From the NCBI GenBank assembly GCA_963702235.1, contig CAVPBZ010000018.1:1198466-1262465 (forward strand): a stretch of DNA of 64,000 nt, read 5' to 3'. Source of the DNA: an uncultured Actinomycetes bacterium (GTDB taxonomy: Bacteria > Actinomycetota > Actinomycetes > Streptosporangiales > Streptosporangiaceae). The position numbers and the translations under genes are program-made. Shown here one piece after another: positions 1-9,431 of this stretch (position 1 is its first letter; each line of letters opens with the position of its first letter). Under the pieces are notes generated by a model. That model saw nothing but the letters and a program-made list of their open reading frames with translations. It ran no database searches and was not told the origin of the DNA.

Positions 1-1019
1 AGGGCACGGGACGCGTACCGGCCCATGTCGGCACAGGCCTGAAGCAGGCCGCCTCGCTCCAGGACCTCCAGAGCCGCCAGTCCGGCGGCGAGGCTGACCG
101 GAAACTCGCCGAAGGTCAGCGCCTCGTCCCCGGGCCGGAATCCCGCCAGCGCCGTGCTGGACAGGACCCCGGCCAGCGGGAAACCGCCGCCGACGCCCTT
201 GCCGAAGACGAGGATGTCGGGTATCACCCCGTAGTGCTCGGCCGCCCACATCTTTCCGGTCCGGCCGAATCCGGTCTGCACCTCGTCGAAGACCAGCAGG
301 ATGTCATGCTCGGTGCAGACGTCGCGCACCTCGCGGTAGTAGCGCTGCGGGAAGTCCAGCTGGGTGCCGTTGCCTTGCACGAGCTCCATGAACAGCGCGG
401 GAGGCAGGCCGGTGGCCCGGCGGGCGATCGCGTCGCGGAGTTCGCCGATGCAGTAGTCAACCTCGTCCTGCGGGCTGCGCCCGGACCGGTAAGCGTACGG
501 CTGCGGAACCCTGAGCACCGGGGGAAACATGCGGTCGAACGCGTGGTTGGTGTGCGGCCAGCCCAGACCCATGCTGGCCAGCGACCGCCCGTGGTAACCG
601 TCGGTCAGCGCCAGCCACGGGCCGGCGTGGCCGGGACGGTTCAGCAGGGCGAGCTTCATGGCCATCTCCACGGCCAGGCTGCCGTGCAGGGTGAACCCGA
701 TCCGCTTGAGGTCCCCCGGCGCCGCGTCGGTCATCGCCTTGCTCAGCAGCAGCAGCGGGACCGAGTCGAAGTTGGACCGCAGGTGGCTGAGCTCGCGGGC
801 CTGCGCGAAAGCGGCTTCCACCACTTCGGGAACCGAGGCGCCGATGTTGTTCGACCAGGCCATGGACGTGCAGTCGATGTACTCGTTGCCCTTCGAGTCC
901 CAGACCAGCGCGCCAGCGGCCCTGGTAATGACCAGGCCGGGCTCGCTGCCTGATGACCACCCGCTGAGCAGTGCGGCCCTCCCGGCGGCCAGGTCATCTT
1001 CGGCGTAGCTACTCGGCAC
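1..1019 (-). CDS. class-III PLP-dependent aminotransferase (C-terminus beyond window edge)
   Basis: Absent from the ORF track because it runs off the edge. My reverse-strand reading gives ...LLVFDEVQTGFGRTGKMWAAEHYGVIPDILVFGKGVGGGFPLAG..., the class-III PLP-lysine region. GTG at 1019 is preceded by GAGAGGAAA. Confidence 0.85.
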   Translation of the reverse strand, partial: MPSSYAEDDLAAGRAALLSGWSSGSEPGLVITRAAGALVWDSKGNEYIDCTSMAWSNNIGASVPEVVEAAFAQARELSHLRSNFDSVPLLLLSKAMTDAAPGDLKRIGFTLHGSLAVEMAMKLALLNRPGHAGPWLALTDGYHGRSLASMGLGWPHTNHAFDRMFPPVLRVPQPYAYRSGRSPQDEVDYCIGELRDAIARRATGLPPALFMELVQGNGTQLDFPQRYYREVRDVCTEHDILLVFDEVQTGFGRTGKMWAAEHYGVIPDILVFGKGVGGGFPLAGVLSSTALAGFRPGDEALTFGEFPVSLAAGLAALEVLERGGLLQACADMGRYASRA

Positions 1020-1099
1020 GGAATTTCCTCTCGTCACTGTTTCGGTTTCGGCCATACTAAGTAGGAGAAATCCCAAGGAGAAGGACGAATTAGTGGCAG

Positions 1100-1124
1100 C
1101 ATTATGTCGGAGTAAGACATAATG
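1100..1124. promoter_or_regulatory. candidate LysR-type operator (9-bp perfect inverted repeat)
   Basis: cattatgtc-N7-gacataatg lies in the AT-rich divergent intergenic region between the aminotransferase and the LysR gene. It has the ATGTC-N7-GACAT form typical of LTTR boxes. Confidence 0.45.
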
Positions 1125-1179
1125 ACTGAGGATGCGCGTTCCGTTCCCGGATGAATGCGCAGCGGCGAGGGAGGTAGCG

Positions 1180-2076
1180 GTGCAGAACGTGACTCTCCGT
1201 CAGCTCGAGGCGTTCCTCGCCGTCGCCGAGGAACTGCACTTCGGCCGCGCGGCCGAGCGACTCTCGGTGTCGGCACCCTGGATGAGCCATACCGTCCGCG
1301 ATCTTGAGCGGGCACTGCGCGTCGAGCTGCTCAGCCGCACCACGCGCACGGTCCAGGTGACCCCGGCGGGCCAGGTGTTCGCCGGCCTCGCGAGCCAGAT
1401 CCTCACCGAGCTCTCGTCGGCGATCAAGACGGTGCGCAGCATGAGCGCGACACCGCAGCAGACGCTCAAGCTGGGTTACACGATCGGGGCCGGCCTGGAG
1501 ATAGTGCCGAGGCTGCTGCGCACCTACCACGAAAGAGAACCCCGGGCAGGCATCGAGACCGAGGAGTTCGACTTCACCGATCCCTCGGCCGGGCTGCGCG
1601 ACAACCTCGTCAACGCGGCCGTCGTGCGGCCGCCGCTCGGGCTGGCGGGCCTGGTGTCGGTGGAGCTTGCCACCGAGCGGCGCGTCGCGTGCCTCCCGGA
1701 GGATCATCCGCTGGCGGCCCGGGAGTCACTGAGAGTCGCGGACGTGCTGCCCGAGCCGATCATCGCCGCGCCGGTTTCCCCGGGCCCGTGGCGGGACTAC
1801 TGGATACTGACCGACTACCGGTCGGGACCGGCGCCGGTGGTCGCCGAGGCGGGCACGCTGGACGCGGAGATGCACCTGGTCTCGAGGGGCGTCGGGCTGA
1901 GCATCACGTCCGAGGCTGTCGGCCTGTGGTACAAGCGGCCCGGCGTGACCTTCGTGCCGATTCTGGACCTGGTCCCGTGCTCGGTGTCCCTGGCCTGGTG
2001 GCCCCAGGACACCGGCCTGGTGGCCGAGCTGGCCGCCGTGGCCAACGAGGTCCGGGCGAGGATCGCCGGGGCCTGA
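1180..2076 (+). CDS. LysR-family transcriptional regulator
   Basis: N-terminal HTH LRQLEAFLAVAEELHFGRAAERLSVS followed by an LTTR substrate-binding domain. GTG 1180 follows GGGAGG. The track ORF starts at 1132, which would leave no room for the operator. Confidence 0.85.
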   Translation: MQNVTLRQLEAFLAVAEELHFGRAAERLSVSAPWMSHTVRDLERALRVELLSRTTRTVQVTPAGQVFAGLASQILTELSSAIKTVRSMSATPQQTLKLGYTIGAGLEIVPRLLRTYHEREPRAGIETEEFDFTDPSAGLRDNLVNAAVVRPPLGLAGLVSVELATERRVACLPEDHPLAARESLRVADVLPEPIIAAPVSPGPWRDYWILTDYRSGPAPVVAEAGTLDAEMHLVSRGVGLSITSEAVGLWYKRPGVTFVPILDLVPCSVSLAWWPQDTGLVAELAAVANEVRARIAGA

Positions 2077-2112
2077 CCCGGCGGAGGAGAAGCTGGACTC
2101 CCCGCCGGGTTT

Positions 2113-3147
2113 TCAGGCGGGCTCGTACCAGCGGAGACCGTCAGCCTCGTGCCGGGCCACCCGGCCCTGCGCGGTCAGCAGCTGCAGGTGCGCCGCGGTC
2201 TCGGTGACGGCGAGCATCTGGTTGAACGGGTCGAGCTCGTCCAGCCTGCGGCCGCGCCGGGTCCAGCGCAGCAGGCCTGCCGCCTCGGGCGCCGTCCGGG
2301 CACCGCCGCCGATGGTCGCCTCCGTCTCGTCCAGCCGGGTGCCGTGGTGCGCGATGAGCTGATCCACCCGCGCGTGGACGCTGTCCGTCACCCGCCCGTG
2401 AGCCGGCAGCAGTCTCGCGTCCGTCCGGGTCCGCATCAGCGTGAGCGAGCCCAGGAACGCTCCGAGCGGATCCGCGGACAGCGCCGGCTCGAATCCGATC
2501 GACGGCGTGATCGCCGGGAGCACGTGGTCTCCCGCGAACAGCAGCCGGCCGCCGGTGTCGTGGAACACGACGTGGCCCCGGGTGTGCCCGGGGGTCGCGA
2601 CCACGTCCAGCACGCGGGCACCGTGCTCGATGGCCTGACCGCCGTGCAGCCAGTCGTCGGGCGCTTCCCAGCCCGTCTTCCGCGGATCCCGGGGACCCTG
2701 GAGCTTCGCGACGCGGTCAGCAAGCTCGCCCGCGCCGAGCAGGCGGAGGTAGCGGAGCTGGGTCTGCAGCGGAACCCGGTCGCTCCGCATGGAAAGCTCC
2801 AGGGACTCCCGCTCCCCGGTGCCCAGGCTGACCCGGGTGCCGAACTCGCGCCGCAGGTAGATGGCCTGCGTGTAGTGATCCCGGTGGACATGCGTGACCA
2901 GTACCCGGCGCACGTCCCGCGCCGAGCGGCCCAGCGCGCCCAGGGCCTCGTCGAGCACGGCCCGCGCCCCGGCGATCGCCCACCCGGAGTCGATCAGCAT
3001 CAGGTCGCCGTCACCGGCCAGCGCGTACACGTTCACCGCGCGCAGCCCGTCGTTGGGCAGCGGCAACGGCAGCCGGTAGACGCCCGCCGCGACCTCGAAC
3101 ACGCCCGGCCGCGTCCAGTCGTCCCCGGCTGCTGCGTCAGGTGTCAT
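2113..3147 (-). CDS. MBL-fold metallo-hydrolase
   Basis: HVHRDHY (HxHxDH) and TPGHTRGH motifs; 344 aa. Confidence 0.85.
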   Translation of the reverse strand: MTPDAAAGDDWTRPGVFEVAAGVYRLPLPLPNDGLRAVNVYALAGDGDLMLIDSGWAIAGARAVLDEALGALGRSARDVRRVLVTHVHRDHYTQAIYLRREFGTRVSLGTGERESLELSMRSDRVPLQTQLRYLRLLGAGELADRVAKLQGPRDPRKTGWEAPDDWLHGGQAIEHGARVLDVVATPGHTRGHVVFHDTGGRLLFAGDHVLPAITPSIGFEPALSADPLGAFLGSLTLMRTRTDARLLPAHGRVTDSVHARVDQLIAHHGTRLDETEATIGGGARTAPEAAGLLRWTRRGRRLDELDPFNQMLAVTETAAHLQLLTAQGRVARHEADGLRWYEPA

Positions 3148-3228
3148 GAGACGCGGTGCGGTGCCCTGAACCCCAGGGTCCCCGTGCTTTCATCGGCGTC
3201 TCATCTTCCCCTCAAGACAATCGTCCGC

Positions 3229-3900
3229 ATGTCACACCGCACCGGCAATCCTAGACGTCGGCATCCTGCCGGAGCCACGGCCGCGGCAGCAGCGTTCACC
3301 ATGCTGCTCGCGGCCTGCGGCACCGCCGCTCCGGCCCCCGGCGCCACTCCTGCGAAGAGCGGGGGCGGCACGGCGAACGCCGCCCCCGGCAGCCGTTCGG
3401 GAGGAGGCCAGGCCCCCGTGCCCGCCCTCGTCCACCCGGCCGGAGACATCCCCGACACCACGGTCTACGTGCCCTACACGTCTACGGCGGGGCATGTGCA
3501 GGTGAAGGTCCCCGAAGGCTGGTCGCGGCAGACGACGGCAACGAGCTCGACCTTCACCAGCAACCTGAACTCCATCACCGTCGCCTGGATGCCGATGACC
3601 GCGGCCCCGACCGTCAGCTCCGTACGCGCCACCGCCGTGCCGGCCCTGCAGAAGAGCACGCTCGCCTTCAGGCTGCAGGACGTCCGCGCCGTGACGCTGC
3701 CGGGCGGGCCGGCGATCGAGATCATCTACCAGGTCAACAGCCAGCCCAACGCGGTGACCGGCAGGCAGTACCGGCTCGTGGTCGAGCAGTTCGAGTTCTA
3801 CCGTGGCGGGCGCGGCGCGGCGCTGTCGCTGTCCTCGGCCGTCGGCTCGGACAACGTCGATCCGTGGCGGAAGGTATCGGAGAGCTTCCGGTGGGTGTGA
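3229..3900 (+). CDS. lipoprotein of unknown function
   Basis: Signal peptide with lipobox TMLLAAC-G followed by an Ala/Gly/Pro linker. The part of track ORF 2149..3900 upstream of 3229 is antisense to the MBL gene and looks non-coding. Confidence 0.7.
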   Translation: MSHRTGNPRRRHPAGATAAAAAFTMLLAACGTAAPAPGATPAKSGGGTANAAPGSRSGGGQAPVPALVHPAGDIPDTTVYVPYTSTAGHVQVKVPEGWSRQTTATSSTFTSNLNSITVAWMPMTAAPTVSSVRATAVPALQKSTLAFRLQDVRAVTLPGGPAIEIIYQVNSQPNAVTGRQYRLVVEQFEFYRGGRGAALSLSSAVGSDNVDPWRKVSESFRWV

Positions 3901-4574
3901 CCGAGGCGGCCGAGCCGCTGGTCGATGCCCGGGACCTGTACCGCTTCTTCCACGCGGGGGACGACGAGACCTTCGCGCTGCGCGGCGTGTCCCTGTCGGT
4001 CGGCGGGGGCGAGATGGTGGCGGTCATCGGCCCGTCCGGCAGCGGGAAGTCAACGCTGCTGGCGTGCCTGGCCGGGCTGGACGAGCCGGACGGCGGGCAC
4101 GTGACCGTCGCCGGCCAGCGGCTCACCCGGCGGCCCGAGGCGACCAGGGCGGAGCTGCGCGCGCGGTGGATCGGGATGCTGCTGCAATCGGGCAACCTGA
4201 TCGAGCACCTCAGCGTGGCGCAGAACATCCGGATGGCCCAGACGCTGGTGTCCCGGAACCCCGGCCGCGAGCCGCGCACGCTGCTCGACGACGTGGACCT
4301 GGCCCACCGGGCCTCGGCCCGGCCCAGCACGCTGTCCGGCGGGGAGGTGGCCCGGGCATCGCTCGCCGTGGCCATGGCGAACGATCCTCCGGTGCTGCTG
4401 GCCGACGAGCCCACCGGCGAGGTCGACCAGAAGATCGAGGTGCGCCTCCTGGAATTGCTGCGGGGCCGCGCCAACGAGGGCAAGGCCGTGCTGGTAGTCA
4501 CCCACAGTGAGCACGTGGCGGCAGCCGCCGACCGCGTCGTCCGCATCGTCGACGGCAGGATCGCCCATGACTGA
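3891..4574 (+). CDS. ABC transporter ATP-binding protein (MacB/FtsE-like)
   Basis: Walker A GPSGSGKST, signature LSGGE, Walker B LLADEPTG. Start is ambiguous: GTG at 3864, 3891 or 3897 (the last gives a GTGA overlap with the lipoprotein stop). Confidence 0.85.
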   Translation: MGVTEAAEPLVDARDLYRFFHAGDDETFALRGVSLSVGGGEMVAVIGPSGSGKSTLLACLAGLDEPDGGHVTVAGQRLTRRPEATRAELRARWIGMLLQSGNLIEHLSVAQNIRMAQTLVSRNPGREPRTLLDDVDLAHRASARPSTLSGGEVARASLAVAMANDPPVLLADEPTGEVDQKIEVRLLELLRGRANEGKAVLVVTHSEHVAAAADRVVRIVDGRIAHD

Positions 4575-5241
4575 CATTCTGGTTCGCGCTGAAGGGCTCA
4601 CCCGGGTGTTCGGCGCGGGAGAGTCCGCCGTCACCGCCATCGCCGACGCGACGTTCGAGGTCCGGGAAGGCGACTGCATCGCGCTGATCGGTCCCTCCGG
4701 CAGCGGCAAGTCGTCGCTGCTGCACCTGATCGCCGGGCTCGACCGGCCGTCCTCGGGCGCCATCGAGTGGCCCGCCATCGGGCAGCGCGAGGACCTGCGG
4801 CCCGGCCCGGTCGCGCTCGCCTTCCAGGGCCCCACCCTGCTGCCGCCGCTCACGGTCGCCGAGAACGTGGCGCTGCCCGGGCTGCTGGCCGGGCGTCCGG
4901 AGAAGGTCGCGGCCGCGGCGGCGCAGGAGCTGATCGGCCTGCTCGGCCTCTCCGATGTCGCCGGGAAACTGCCGGAAGAGATATCCGGCGGCCAGGCCCA
5001 GCGCGCAGGCATGGCGCGGGCGCTCGCCAACGGCCCGCGGCTGGTCCTCGCGGACGAGCCCACCGGGCAGCTGGACCGCAAGACGGCGGCTGAGCTGATG
5101 GACGTGCTCATCGACCAGGTGGTCTCTACGGGCGCCTCGCTGGTCGTGGCGACGCACGATGAAGCCGTGGTCGAGCGGCTGACGCTGCGCTGGACCATGA
5201 ACGACCGGCGGCTGGAGACGGGGACCCCATGCTCACTCTGA
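4567..5241 (+). CDS. ABC transporter ATP-binding protein (second ATPase)
   Basis: GPSGSGKSS, ISGGQAQR, LVLADEPTG. ATG 4567 lies just upstream of the previous gene's stop codon (4572-4574), an 8-nt overlap. Confidence 0.85.
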   Translation: MTDILVRAEGLTRVFGAGESAVTAIADATFEVREGDCIALIGPSGSGKSSLLHLIAGLDRPSSGAIEWPAIGQREDLRPGPVALAFQGPTLLPPLTVAENVALPGLLAGRPEKVAAAAAQELIGLLGLSDVAGKLPEEISGGQAQRAGMARALANGPRLVLADEPTGQLDRKTAAELMDVLIDQVVSTGASLVVATHDEAVVERLTLRWTMNDRRLETGTPCSL

Positions 5242-7895
5242 CCTGGCTGCGGGGACTGTTCCGGCGCCGGATACTCCGGCTCGCCGGGGCCGTGATCGGC
5301 GTCGCGCTGGCCGTCGCGTTCCTCGGGGCGCTCGGCGCGTTCTTCTCCTCGAGCAAGGCGCACATGACGAAGCTGGCGGCGGCCGGCGTGGTCGTCGACT
5401 GGCAGGTGCAGCTCACCCCGGGAGCCAACGTGGCCCAGGCCGGCCGGGTGATCGCGTCCGCGCCCGGCGTTGTCCGTAGCCTTCCGGTCGGGTACGCCGC
5501 CACGCCGGGCTTCACCGCGTCCGCGGGCGGGACGGTCCAGACGACGGGGTCGGGCATGGTGCTCGGCATTCCGCCGGGGTACGCCACCGCGTTCCCGGGC
5601 CAGATCCGCTCCCTGCTCGGCGCGCGGGACGGGGTCGTGCTCGCCCAGCAGACCGCGGCGAACCTGCACGCCACCGTGGGCACGGTCGTGAGCGTCGCCC
5701 GGCCGGGCCTGCCGCCGCTGCACGCGCAGGTCCAGGGCATCGTTGACTTGCCCAACAGGGACTCGATGTTCCAGGCGGTCGGAGCGCCGCCGGGCACCTC
5801 GCTGCAGGCGCCCCCGGACAACGTGATGCTCCTCCCCCAGGCGCAGTGGCAGAGCGCGTACGCGCAGCTCAGCCGCACCCAGCCAGCGGCCGTCCGTACC
5901 CAGTACCACGTGCGGCTCGGCGGCGCGCTCCCGCCCGACCCCGCTGCCGCGTTCGACAGCGTCACCACCCGGGCCAAGAACCTGGAGGCCAGGCTGTCGG
6001 GCGCCGGGCTGGTCGGCAACAACCTGGCCGCCCAGCTGGACGGGGCACGCAAGGACGCCTTGTACGCGCAGCTGCTGTTCCTCTTCCTCGGGATCCCCGG
6101 CGTCGTGCTCGCCGCCCTGATCACCAGCATCATCGGCGCGGCCGGCGGCGACCGGCGGCGGCGCGAGCAGGCGCTGCTGCGCATCCGCGGCGCGTCTCCC
6201 CGGCAGATCGTCCGGCTGGGCGGGGCCGAGGCCCTCGTCGTGGGCGTTCTCGGCTCCGCGATAGGCCTGGGCGGCGCGGTGCTCGCCGGGCGCCTCGCGT
6301 TCGGCACGTCCAAGTTCGGCACCACGACGCTGCAGACGGTCGAATGGGGCCTGATCGCCGCCGTCGCCGGGCTGGTGCTCGCGGCGCTCACGATCCTGCT
6401 GCCGGCGTGGCGCGACTCGCGCCAGCTCACCGTGCGCCGGGCCAGGGAGGTCGTCGGGGCTGCGCCCCGGCCGCTGTGGATGCGGCTGTACCTCGACCTC
6501 TGGCTGCTGGCCGGCGCCGGCGTCATCTTCTGGCGGTCGGTGGTGAGCGGGTACCAGGTCGTCATCGCGCCGGAGGGCGTCGCGACGATCTCGGTGAGCT
6601 ACTCGACGTTCCTGGCGCCCCTGCTGTTCTGGGTCGGGGCGGCGCTGCTGGCCTGGCGCATCTCCAATCTGGTACTCGTGCGGGGACGCGGCACGGTGGC
6701 CCGCGCCGCCCGGCCGCTGGCCGGCGGGCTGTCCGGAGTGGTGGCCGCCTCGATGTCCCGGCAGCGGCGGCTGCTGTCCCGCGGGCTCATGGTCATGGCC
6801 CTGACCGCCTCGTTCGCGGTCTCGACCGCGGTGTTCAACGCCACTTACGCCGCGCAGTCCCGGGTGGACGCGCAGCTGACCAACGGGGCCGACGTCACGG
6901 CCTCGACCACGGGAGGGGCCGGGCTGCCCGCCGGCACGGTGGCGGCGGTGCGCCGGCTTCCCGGCGTCGTCGCGGCGCAGCCGATGATGCACCGGTACGC
7001 CTACGTCGGCAGTGACCTGCAGGATCTGTTCGGGATCAACCCCAATCAGATCTCATCGGCCACGACGGTGTCGGACGCGTTCTTCCACGGGGCCAGCGCC
7101 TCGGCGACGCTCGCCGCCCTGGCGTCCCGCCCGAATGCGATCATCGTCTCGGACGAGACCGCGCTGACTTACCAGCTGGTGCCGGGCAACACGATCAGGC
7201 TGCGGCTGCAGTCCGCGGTCGATCACGCCTACCACATCGTCCCGTTCACCTACGTCGGGCTCGTCCGGGAGTTCCCGACGGCGCCCAAGGACTCGTTCTT
7301 CCTCGCGAACATGTCGTACGTCGCCAAGATGACCGGGTCACCGGCGTACCAGGACGTGCTCATCCGGACGAACGGGAGCCCGCCGGCCGTCGCCGCCGAG
7401 GTCCGGCACCTCCTGGGCCCGGGCTCGGGCGCCGTGGTGCAGGACATCGAGTCGCAGATGAAGATCACGCTGTCCGGCCTGACCGCGATCGACCTGTCCG
7501 GCCTGACCCGGCTCGAGCTGGCGTTTGCCTTCATCCTGGCCGCGGCCGCGTCCGGCCTCGTGCTCGGGCTCGGGCTCGTCGAGCGGCGGCGGACCTTTGC
7601 CATCACGTCGGCACTGGGCGCGCGGACCCGGCAGATGGCTTCCTTCGTCTGGAGCGAGGCCATCTTCGTGACGCTGGGCGGCGTGATCCTGGGCGTCCTG
7701 TCCGGCTGGGGGATATCGCTCGTCATCGTCAAGATCCTGACGGGCGTGTTCGACCCGCCGCCGCCGCACCTGTTCGTCCCGTGGGCTTACCTCGCCGCCC
7801 TGGCCGGGGTGACGGGCGGCGCCATCGCGGTGGCGGTCAGCGGCGTCATCCGCGCCACCCGCCGCCCCGCTATCGAGATGATCCGGGATCTGTGA
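5229..7895 (+). CDS. ABC transporter permease with two FtsX domains
   Basis: 888 aa. Two blocks of hydrophobic helices are separated by large extracytoplasmic regions. The start overlaps the upstream ATPase stop. Confidence 0.8.
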   Translation: MLTLTWLRGLFRRRILRLAGAVIGVALAVAFLGALGAFFSSSKAHMTKLAAAGVVVDWQVQLTPGANVAQAGRVIASAPGVVRSLPVGYAATPGFTASAGGTVQTTGSGMVLGIPPGYATAFPGQIRSLLGARDGVVLAQQTAANLHATVGTVVSVARPGLPPLHAQVQGIVDLPNRDSMFQAVGAPPGTSLQAPPDNVMLLPQAQWQSAYAQLSRTQPAAVRTQYHVRLGGALPPDPAAAFDSVTTRAKNLEARLSGAGLVGNNLAAQLDGARKDALYAQLLFLFLGIPGVVLAALITSIIGAAGGDRRRREQALLRIRGASPRQIVRLGGAEALVVGVLGSAIGLGGAVLAGRLAFGTSKFGTTTLQTVEWGLIAAVAGLVLAALTILLPAWRDSRQLTVRRAREVVGAAPRPLWMRLYLDLWLLAGAGVIFWRSVVSGYQVVIAPEGVATISVSYSTFLAPLLFWVGAALLAWRISNLVLVRGRGTVARAARPLAGGLSGVVAASMSRQRRLLSRGLMVMALTASFAVSTAVFNATYAAQSRVDAQLTNGADVTASTTGGAGLPAGTVAAVRRLPGVVAAQPMMHRYAYVGSDLQDLFGINPNQISSATTVSDAFFHGASASATLAALASRPNAIIVSDETALTYQLVPGNTIRLRLQSAVDHAYHIVPFTYVGLVREFPTAPKDSFFLANMSYVAKMTGSPAYQDVLIRTNGSPPAVAAEVRHLLGPGSGAVVQDIESQMKITLSGLTAIDLSGLTRLELAFAFILAAAASGLVLGLGLVERRRTFAITSALGARTRQMASFVWSEAIFVTLGGVILGVLSGWGISLVIVKILTGVFDPPPPHLFVPWAYLAALAGVTGGAIAVAVSGVIRATRRPAIEMIRDL

Positions 7896-8496
7896 CGGCC
7901 GGAGCGATGCCGGCGAGGGCAAGGTCGATGACGTCGCGGATGAACCGGTCGTTGAGCGGGGCGTGCCCGTGCAGCAGCCGGTGGTAGACCGGGCCGTAGA
8001 GCAGGTCGAGCGCGACCTCGGTCTTGGTGCCGGCCGGGATCTCGCCGCGCTCGATCGCGCGGCGGAAGATCGCGCGTGCCTGGTCGCGGCGCGGCTCGAC
8101 GAACCGCGCCAGGTACTCGCGCTGGAACGCCGGGTTGGCCTGCGCCTCGGTGATCAGCGCGGCGATCGCGCGCCCGTACGGCCGCTTGGTGGCCAGCCGC
8201 ACCCAGGGGCGCAGGAGCGCGAGCAGGTCCCCCTTGAGCGACCCGGTGTCGGGGGCAGGCGGGACGTTCGCCCATTCGGTGTACAGCGCGTCCAGGGCGA
8301 GGGTCTCCTTGGTGGGCCACCAGCGGTAGATCGTGGCCTTGCTGACCCCCGCCCGCGCGGCGACCGCGTCCATGCTCACCGCGTTGAGGCCCCGCTCCAG
8401 CAGGAGTTCCGCCGCCGCCTCGAGGATGGCCTTCTGCGCCTTCTCGCTGCGCGGCCGTCCCCGCTGCGAGGCGGCCGCGGTCACCTGAGCATTCAT
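7870..8496 (-). CDS. TetR/AcrR-family transcriptional regulator
   Basis: HTH LNAVSMDAVAARAGVSKATIYRWWPTKE. Last gene of the AKR-dehydrogenase-TetR operon, with 4-nt overlaps. Confidence 0.9.
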   Translation of the reverse strand: MNAQVTAAASQRGRPRSEKAQKAILEAAAELLLERGLNAVSMDAVAARAGVSKATIYRWWPTKETLALDALYTEWANVPPAPDTGSLKGDLLALLRPWVRLATKRPYGRAIAALITEAQANPAFQREYLARFVEPRRDQARAIFRRAIERGEIPAGTKTEVALDLLYGPVYHRLLHGHAPLNDRFIRDVIDLALAGIAPAVTDPGSSR

Positions 8497-9422
8497 GCGG
8501 CCATCTCACCATTGCCGGTGGCCGGCGTGTCGGACCCGGCCGGCGTGGTTGTCCTGCCCGGTGTCCGCGCTAGCACCTCGTAGAGCGCGGCGATGTCGCG
8601 CTGGCCGTAGCCCAGCTCCTCGGCCCGCGCCAGCATGTCGCTGGCGGTAGCGGCCGACGGGACCGGGACGCCGAGCTGGTGGGCGGTGTCGAGGACGATG
8701 CGGATGTCCTTGTGCATGAGCTGCACGTCGAACCACGCCTGCTCGGGCAAGTCGAGCATGAGCGGAGCCCGCGCCCGCAGCATCGGTGACCCGATCGCGC
8801 TGCTGGTCATGACGTTCGCCGCAAGGGCCGGGTCGATCCCGCCGCGCTCGGCCAGCAGCACGCCCTCGCTGAACGCGAGCATCTGCGCGGCGAGGCTGAT
8901 GTTGATGGCGAGCTTCAGCAGCAGCGCCTGCCCGTTCCCGCCGACGTAGGTGACCGCGCTGCCGAGCTGGCGCAGCATCTGCTCGACGGCGCGGAAGGCA
9001 TCCTGCGGGCCGCCGGCCATGATCGTGAGGGTGCCGGCCTCGGCGGCGGTGATGCTGCCGGAGACCGGGGCGTCGAGCATGCTGGCGCCCAGGTCGTGGA
9101 CCTGCCGGGCGAGCTCGCGGCTGGCCTGCGGGCTGACCGTGCTCATGTCGATGTAGACCTTGCCCGGCGCGAGGCCGGCCAGGATACCGTTGGGTCCGGC
9201 GGTGATCGCCTCGAGGGCGGCGTCGTCGGTGACCATGCTGAAGATCACTTCGGCTTCCGTAGCGACTGCGCGCGGAGTGCCGCGCCAGATCATGCCCTGG
9301 GTGATGAGCTCGCTGGCTCTCGACGGGGTGCGGTTCGTGCCGTACAACTGGTTGCCGCGGAGCAGGCGGCCGGCGATCCGGCTGCCCATTGCCCCGAGGC
9401 CAACAAAGCCGATGGCGGTCAT
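8493..9422 (-). CDS. NAD(P)-dependent oxidoreductase, 3-hydroxyisobutyrate/6-phosphogluconate dehydrogenase-like
   Basis: N-terminal Rossmann motif IGFVGLGAMGSRIA; 309 aa. Confidence 0.8.
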   Translation of the reverse strand: MTAIGFVGLGAMGSRIAGRLLRGNQLYGTNRTPSRASELITQGMIWRGTPRAVATEAEVIFSMVTDDAALEAITAGPNGILAGLAPGKVYIDMSTVSPQASRELARQVHDLGASMLDAPVSGSITAAEAGTLTIMAGGPQDAFRAVEQMLRQLGSAVTYVGGNGQALLLKLAINISLAAQMLAFSEGVLLAERGGIDPALAANVMTSSAIGSPMLRARAPLMLDLPEQAWFDVQLMHKDIRIVLDTAHQLGVPVPSAATASDMLARAEELGYGQRDIAALYEVLARTPGRTTTPAGSDTPATGNGEMAA

Positions 9423-9431
9423 GGTCGTCTT

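Noticed and set aside
4050-6992. 980-aa ORF antisense to the ABC ATPase and permease genes. Similar long antisense ORFs: 2149..3228, 22494..23996, 24118..25296, 25440..26417, 32790..34211.
   Set aside because: They are Arg/Pro/Gly-rich and motif-free, and lie opposite genes with strong family signatures. This is the classic open-frame artefact of very GC-rich DNA.
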